Shown here: positions 56,781 through 64,000 of the stretch, piece after piece
Layout: each line of letters opens with the position of its first letter
Numbering within the stretch: position 1 is the first letter of the stretch
NCBI GenBank assembly: GCA_951406725.2
Contig: OX597821.1
Coordinates: forward strand, 4,278,001 to 4,342,000
Direction: 5' to 3'
Length of the DNA stretch: 64,000 bases
From: Octopus vulgaris
Taxonomy: Eukaryota
The notes under the pieces: generated by a model
The model's database searches: none
The model's input: the letters and a program-made list of their open reading frames with translations, nothing else
What the model was told of the DNA's origin: nothing
Program-made: the position numbers and the translations under genes

Positions 56781-57160
56781 TAGGCCCTCCTTCGGTCATG
56801 GCTGACCATGGATGATATCATCTATCCGTTGAATTGTCTATTCAGTTTTTGCAACGCCTCATGTGGCTGTAGAGACCGATGCAAGAGTGACAGTCTCGTT
56901 TGCAGAGGTCACAGCTATGCGTTGAATCCGGTCCATTTGGCTGTCATTTCTTTTCTGCGGGTTCGGTTTTCAGCTGCTGCCACCCTCAAATTCTCTTCGC
57001 CGGTCTGCAGCTGTTTGTGAAGGGTGCCTTCTCAGCTGGTTCGATCGGCTGCGAGATCTTCCTAGGCATTGGTGTTGATACCTAGTGCCTTCATATTCCT
57101 TCCGCACACGTCCAATTACCTCAGCTTCAGGCGGCCAATATTTCTCCGCCCAGGGATGTG
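56781..57160 (-). mobile_element. 3' end of an RTE/Bov-B-like LINE
   Basis: Minus translation GRLKLR*LDVCGRNMKALGINTNA*EDLAADR...LCKRDCHSCIGLYSHMRRC, typical of the RTE C-terminus and Zn motif; ends CCATGGTCAGCCATGACCGAAGGAGGGCCTA. Confidence 0.85.
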
Positions 57161-57204
57161 TGCGGAAGGGATATATATATATATATATATGTTTATATAT
57201 ATCA

Positions 57205-57370
57205 AACGACAGGGTTTTTTTAGTTTCCGTCTACCATATCCATTCACAAGGCTTTGTTCGGTCCGAGGCTATACTAGAAACACTTGCCCAAGGTGTCACA
57301 CGGTGGGGCTCAACCAGAAACCATACGAGTGCAAAGCAAGCTTCTTACCACACAGCCACAACTGCACCCA
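57205..57370 (-). mobile_element. 5' half of family C SINE
   Basis: ACGACAGG...TTTCCGTCTACCA...CACTTGCCCAAGG...CTTACCACACAGCCAC. Confidence 0.8.
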
Positions 57371-60189
57371 ATATGTATATATCAACTCTTTCTCTATTGA
57401 CAAGAAATCTTGAGACAAGAATGAACAATGGCATGCATGCATACTTACATACATGCATACATAACTACATACATACATACATACTTATGAGTGTTCGTAG
57501 ATATATATTCCTTTGTAAATAGATAATACGTACATGCAACGTGGCGCCGTCAACATCAATTCTACGCGATGTAAAGCACCATTAAAACGCATTTTTCAAA
57601 CATTTTCTTTGGCAATTACGTTCATTCCCCCCAGCGTAGATACGTTGCCAGTATTTTTATCCTTTTAAAAATCAGAGAAATACCATATACTTAATAAACC
57701 TTGGTTGTCCAGATCGAATAATGAAATATATCCTACTCCACGTGGAATTTTGCTTTCATGAAGAAGGTTGATATTGATAAGGTCGCTAATTCCATTACCA
57801 ACCCAAGCAGTAAAGTGATATCTGTTAATTAAGACAACACACATATGTTCCTCTCTGTTCTAGCTCTTTAAATCTAAACCGAGTTCTACTTGTGTGCTAC
57901 GAAAAAATCCCTATATGATCATTCACTTGGCTAATTGTATCAGTTTAAATAATACTGGGATGAAATTAATCCACACGTAAATTTTTTTACTATAGAACAT
58001 GAAAAGCACTTACTGCCGTAGAAAGAGATTGTTTTTGCAGCTTTTCTAATAGAACTTGATTTTCTAAGAACCAGCAAAAATCTGACATAAACACTAAGAA
58101 TCAGGCATAATCTACAGTAAGAAAGACCAATGATAATGTAAACAACCTGCTCTCGTCATCACTAATCTCTTGGACTTCTTCACACTTCGTTAACTCGATG
58201 TTTAGTAAAGCTCAGACCATTATGAAACCAGAGTTCGCAAATACTTCTTCGAGTTTTTCTTAGCTGTCGTTGAACGAAATGAAGTCCTTAACGAAATTTT
58301 AAAAGTTACCGATGGTGTTGCTGGACAACACATGGAAATATGCGATATTAATTATTAGATTACTAGTATCTTCCTAAACACAGCTGCTGTTAATCTTAAA
58401 GAATACTAAAGGGAAATCTGTAGCCCACGTGTTAACGAAATTACTAAACAGAAGCGATCTATTCAGAAAATAAAACTTAACGGAAACCATAGCAATTTGC
58501 GCGGCCTTATTAGATGAATAACTTCAATATTAAAATGAAAGTGTAATAATGAGTATCAATTAAATCTTAGTAGGAAAAAACAAAACGCTCAACATGTGTC
58601 TCTTTACGCAAAGTCCACGATGGACAGCTAATTAATTTAAAGCAAGACATGTTAATTAGAAGATGAAGAGAGGAAAACATTACATTTAAGAAGGAGGGTC
58701 AGCAATTATCTACTCTAAGATCTGGAACGAAAGGAAAGTATTCAAACAGAATCCAGCTTGGCTAAATGCAGATAAGAAAACCGACTGTATCAATAATAAA
58801 AGGAAAACGATTAACCCTGAAACTTTAACCGTACTAAAATAAAGGAGGGATCTAATAGTGGGACACTGGTACAAGGGAGTGAACTTCTAAAGAGATCCAT
58901 TAATATTCATAAAGACTATGGGCATACCAAGCTGGCTTGGCACTAGGAACTTATTTGCTATAACATAGTCAAAGACTGAAACCGATATGCTGGTAGAGAT
59001 CTATAGGCACATTTCTTGTATAAACACTATGTACAGAATTTGCACACGCTAACTCACATAATTCCTTCATTCTGAGATGTGACTGATGAGTATACAGGTC
59101 AAAAGACGAGAACTCTTATTGCAACGGTCCTTCCATTTTCCAAGTCCATGTAAAAGAACTCGAAACGTTGGGCTGCCAATCTGGCCTTAAAGCCAGGAAC
59201 TTTCAGAAACCTCTCCTGGTGTAGCACTGTCGATGTTATACAATGTTATATTTGTTTCTAAACGATTAAATGTGATTTGGATGAAATGAGGCCGTTATGC
59301 GTTATAGGCAACGTCAAAATCCCTCGCAGATAATCGTTCGCACATTCGTCTCTTGTCGTCACTGTTTTATTCTTCTTTAGCTACATGATAGATCTGAGCG
59401 AAAATAAATCTGTTGTGATTTTTTTTCCAGCAAAAAGGGCTGTGTCATTCTGACAAGCATTGGCCATTTAGTGCTACGTTCTTAAATAGGATCTTCTATT
59501 AAGAATGTAGTGTATAGATTGAAAGAGATTGACTGCCATATCGAAACGGTTGATGTGGTAATATAGATTCTCCTCCGATGTTTAGTAGCACCAGAGTGAT
59601 AATTATTGCCGGTTTGTTATTTAGCTCACTCTGTTATTTATGAAATTACTTTAGTGATTTTAATTAAGGAAGTTTCTAATTATACACTTCGTCTTATCAC
59701 ATGATCATTTCACATCGGGCAACAAGATACCTGCATTCATCATTTCCTGACGTTAAACAACGAGTCGGCATAAATTCAAAGAGCATCACACAGAAACACA
59801 GAAACACACACACACACACACACACATAAACGCACACATATATACAGACACCCATATCAATTAAATGTAAGAGATACAAAGGATAATGCAGTAATTTTGA
59901 ATAACTAGTCTTAATTTCGTAGTTATTCACAGGTCCATTATCTCGACGACGAATGTTACAGTCAACCAAATTATTGTGAATATATTACCTATGAAAATTT
60001 CTTAGATATTGATAATAGGGCTCGGCCGTAGGGAAGCCGACTAAACATCATTTCAGCAAAGATTTTTTTTCCTTAGAATATAAAAAATCCTTATTTCCCC
60101 ATGGCATGCAAACTTATTGAAATTTGCTCACAAGACCGACTACATTTGGCTGAGGCAAATCCTTGCTATTTTACTTGGATCTAATATAT

Positions 60190-60790
60190 ACCACCTCAAA
60201 ATCATTGGCCGCCGGAAATATATACCCCATGGTATTTGTTTCATCTTCTGTCTTGCGTTCAAATTCCATTCGGTCTGACTTACCTTTCCTGTTAAAAACT
60301 CCATCATTTTGTCTAAATTCGAAGCAATATATTTCTGTAGCAAGCTGGAAGGAACTTGGGTGTGCCAGAGAAAATATCCTTTCTACAATAGGGGCAAACC
60401 CAAAACTTTTTCAGGATACAATCGATCGCAGTACGCAACTGGTACCTTACATTATTGACACCGAAGAATGATATGCAAAGTCAACCTCGACAACTCAGAG
60501 CGTAAGGACGAACGAAATACCTGCCTTTACGTTCTGCGTTAATGAGTCTGCCAACTCGCTGTCTTAGTGCTACAAAAAATATTTGTTCTTGCACTACCTT
60601 ATCAATTCTCATCAAGGCGGCGTGCTGGCAAAAAACTTTAGCACGCCGGGCGAAATGCTTAGTGGTATTTCGTTTGTCTAATATTGCCTTTCCTCCTTTC
60701 GGGGTCGTTAAATTAAGTACCAGTTGCATACTGGGGTCGTTTTAATTAGCTGGCCCCCTCCCCCAAAATTTGGGACCTAGAGTAGAAAAG
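60190..60790. mobile_element. Cluster of three degenerate family A SINE pieces (+ 60190-60310, - 60375-60560, + 60616-60790)
   Basis: GGCGGCGTGCTGGC...CCTTTCGGGGTCG-TAAATTAAGTACCAG on +; CAACTGGTAC...GCAAAGTCAACCTCG...AACTCAGAGCGTAA in the opposite orientation. Confidence 0.65.
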
Positions 60791-62252
60791 AATATAAAAT
60801 CTTAGCGACTTTTGTGGTGCTTTTCATCCTTCTGAGTTTAACAAAACTCACATTTGAGCCCAGGGGATTTGACTGACACAATTATTAGAGTTTTTGACGA
60901 AACATCTTGCCTTAATTCTTCCAATTTTTGGTGTATGATTGTCTACGTGGATGTGAGAAACATGCCTGTATCCAGCCAAGACAAAAATGGCAACTCTTAT
61001 CAAAAGAAAAACCGAAGGATGACAACAGGTGTGCACCAACAGGTTGTCCTATGAAAGTATAAATTGCATGTCCTGCAGACCAACGAAGGCATCAGGATAT
61101 ACTTCAATGGTATTATGACGGAGAAATTAAAGGATACTACTGTTACCTATTGTAAAGAATATGGAAGGGTTCAAAAACAAATTCTCCATGGTAGTTGGAT
61201 TAAGACGTATACATTTACAACGCATGAAATATCGTATGTAGCTGTAAATAGATCTACCACGTTATTGTGACTGTTGCATCTTTTTCAGCCTTATTTTCAG
61301 ATTAATTCTACAATCGATAGCATCATTTCCTTCAGGAATTGTATAAAATATACTGTTTAATGACAAATATTATTCCTTGTTTAAGACGCTATCGTACATT
61401 TTAAGGAAAATATGCACATGATTCTAGAATAATAAGATTTTACAAACAAAACAGGGGGCAAACTGTGATGGGTTTACTCTCACAGTTGCCCTAGAATGTT
61501 GACTTAAATAAAATGAAATATTGGATGAATTAGTATCAAACAAACTGTTTGAAAGACTGGAAGCTGAGTTCTAGAATGACTTCCTTCGTGGGTCTCTTCA
61601 ATCATATACAGTGTGGCATTGAATAATAACAACTCCAACAATTAAACTACAATAACGAATGTGTTTTCCCCAGATCGCCAACATTGTATTTGATCTTCTG
61701 TTACTTACGTTTCAGCGCATACATCTGAGAAACAACCAATATTAATCTAATTTATAATTATATAAAATTATTTATCAATTAAAGATCTGTAATACATGAC
61801 GGAGTTACAAAGCTTATCTGTTACTCGGCATAATTAACAAAATATTAAATTTACACAAACATTTCTATCACAATTGATTAATCAAGAAAATATTTCAATT
61901 TTTTAGTTCGTTTCCATCAACAGATTTTCTTCTCTATATATGTTTTTATATATATATATATACATATATTTTTCAATGTAATTTGTTTTTATCGATCTCT
62001 GAGTGATTAAATTTTTTCATATTCTTATTTCGATATTTGTTTTTCTTTCATTTTATATAACATCCTACATATTTTCTTCGCCTATATTTCCTTAACTGTG
62101 AAATATCACACGCACGCATGCACGCACGCACACACAGACACACACACACACATACGTACACATATATAGAGAGAGATGTAGATGTATGTAACATATCTCA
62201 AAGTAAAGGAAATATTAACGAAGAACATGAATATATGTATACGTATATATTG

Positions 62253-62312
<60 letters not shown>

Positions 62313-62326
62313 GTATGTATGTATAC

Positions 62327-62357
<31 letters not shown>

Positions 62358-62486
62358 CGAATGTATATATATATATACATATATATATATGTATACATAC
62401 AGATATATATATATATATATATATATAAAGTATATATATATATATATGTATACATATATATGTGCACATATATACATATATATGTG

Positions 62487-62526
<40 letters not shown>

Positions 62527-62843
62527 CATTAACATGTATATGTGAGGTTTGCCTATGAGCGTGTGTATGGGTGTATGAGCGTATGTATATATGTGTAAGC
62601 ATTGCTACGGCATTTTTGTACCAGTGTTTGAATATCGGAATATTATGTTCAATACTATTCCATTCCATCTATAAGGTATATATTAGTCAAGGAAATTTGG
62701 AAATAACAATTGTTACTTTTCAAAGCATAGTAATAATGCACGTACATATATACCTACATACCTATATATACATATATAAAAATACACATATATCTCTATG
62801 CGTGCATACGTATGTATGAACCCATGTAAAATATGTATATAAC

Positions 62844-62890
<47 letters not shown>

Positions 62891-62905
62891 GTATGTATGT
62901 GTATA

Positions 62906-63018
<113 letters not shown>

Positions 63019-63070
63019 CACACATACATACCTATCATTTCCGTCACTCTCACAAGGTGAGTAATATATA

Positions 63071-64000
63071 CAAGGGTTGGAGAAAATAATGGAAGCACCT
63101 TAAAATTTGAATTGAATTTATTTTAATGTGGGGTACGGCCGCCTTTAGCAGTAATAACAGCTTAGATTCTGCGAGGTATGGACTTGTACAAAGTTTAAAT
63201 TGCTTCCAAATGAATTTTTGTTCATTCTTCAACTAATACAGTCTCCAGTTCTTATAGTGATGATGGTAGAGGATATCAAATCCTTACTTGTTTTTTTAAA
63301 ACGCACCATAAATGTTCAATAATATTGAGATTTGAGGAGTGTAGTGGACAGATAAGATGTTCAACTTCACTAGAACGTTTCTAGTGGCATTCAGTAACAA
63401 ACGTAGCCGTGTAAATTAGTGCATTATCATCCCGAGAGATTTCGTTTCCTTCTTTAAATAGTCTTGGCCATTAATTCTGCCATCATTGGGATCATTGGGC
63501 TGGTGGATTTCCAAGGTATAGCCCTGCCAGCTCATCACGATCCTCCTCCATGTTTAACATATGGAAAAAGGCTCTCTGGGTCAAATGCTCCTTTTGGCTT
63601 TCTCCACTCTAATACTCGGCAGGTGATCGGAAATACGGTAAAGGGTGACTCGTCTGTGAAAATAACTTTCTTCCACTGCTCTAGGGACCAATTCTGCAGA
63701 ATTTTACTCCACTCTAAACGCTTTGCAACGTTTGTTTTTGAAATTAGTGGTTTGGTTTTCTGAATGCAGCCCTCCAGTGAAATCGGATTTTGTGCAGCGT
63801 ACCGGAGAACAGTTTTTCTGGAAACTGGGTTCTCGAGGTAGTCATTGAGCTCTGCAGTAATTTTAGGAGCTGTACTTTTGTGATCCTTTCTAACAATTCG
63901 CGTAAGACTTCGATGCTTCCTATCTGAAAGTGTTCGTCTTCTTTCGGAGCTTTGTTTCGAAGAGTAGGCTTTTTCCTCTTTCTCAAACGCTGTCATTACT
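63071..64000 (-). mobile_element. Decayed Tc1-family transposon (transposase pseudogene plus one TIR), runs off the window
   Basis: KPLIS, VIFTDESPF, VKHGGG, DDNA and NLNIIEHLW (DDE motifs) with stops/frameshifts; TA|CAAGGGTTGGAGAAAATAATGGAAGCACC terminal repeat at 63071. Confidence 0.9.

Noticed and set aside
59078-59120. CTGATGA-GT...AC-GAGA motif
   Set aside because: GAAA core broken and stems too short
57900-59300. Microsatellite-free, A-rich stretch that may be an ancient coding element
   Set aside because: No ORF or protein motif recognised by eye; needs a translated search

Overview
AT-rich eukaryotic non-coding DNA saturated with microsatellites and transposon remnants. The SINE families and repeat landscape suggest an octopus/coleoid cephalopod (inference). 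No host protein-coding exon is supportable, and nearly all listed ORFs are translated microsatellites. Recognisable elements are three tRNA-headed SINE families, decayed CR1/L2-group, RTE and R4/Dong-type LINEs, Tc1 and mariner transposases, and two Helitrons. The main unexplained signal is a set of type I hammerhead-ribozyme (HHR) motifs with palindromic stem III. One family is a ~350-nt head-to-tail, retrozyme-like repeat (26506-27126, 28439-28551, 51613-52188) that could release ~354-nt circularisable RNA monomers. Several other HHR families lie in ~0.5-kb direct or inverted repeats resembling Penelope-like pseudo-LTRs and abutting (TA)n tracts. All folds were read by eye and none was computed or tested.
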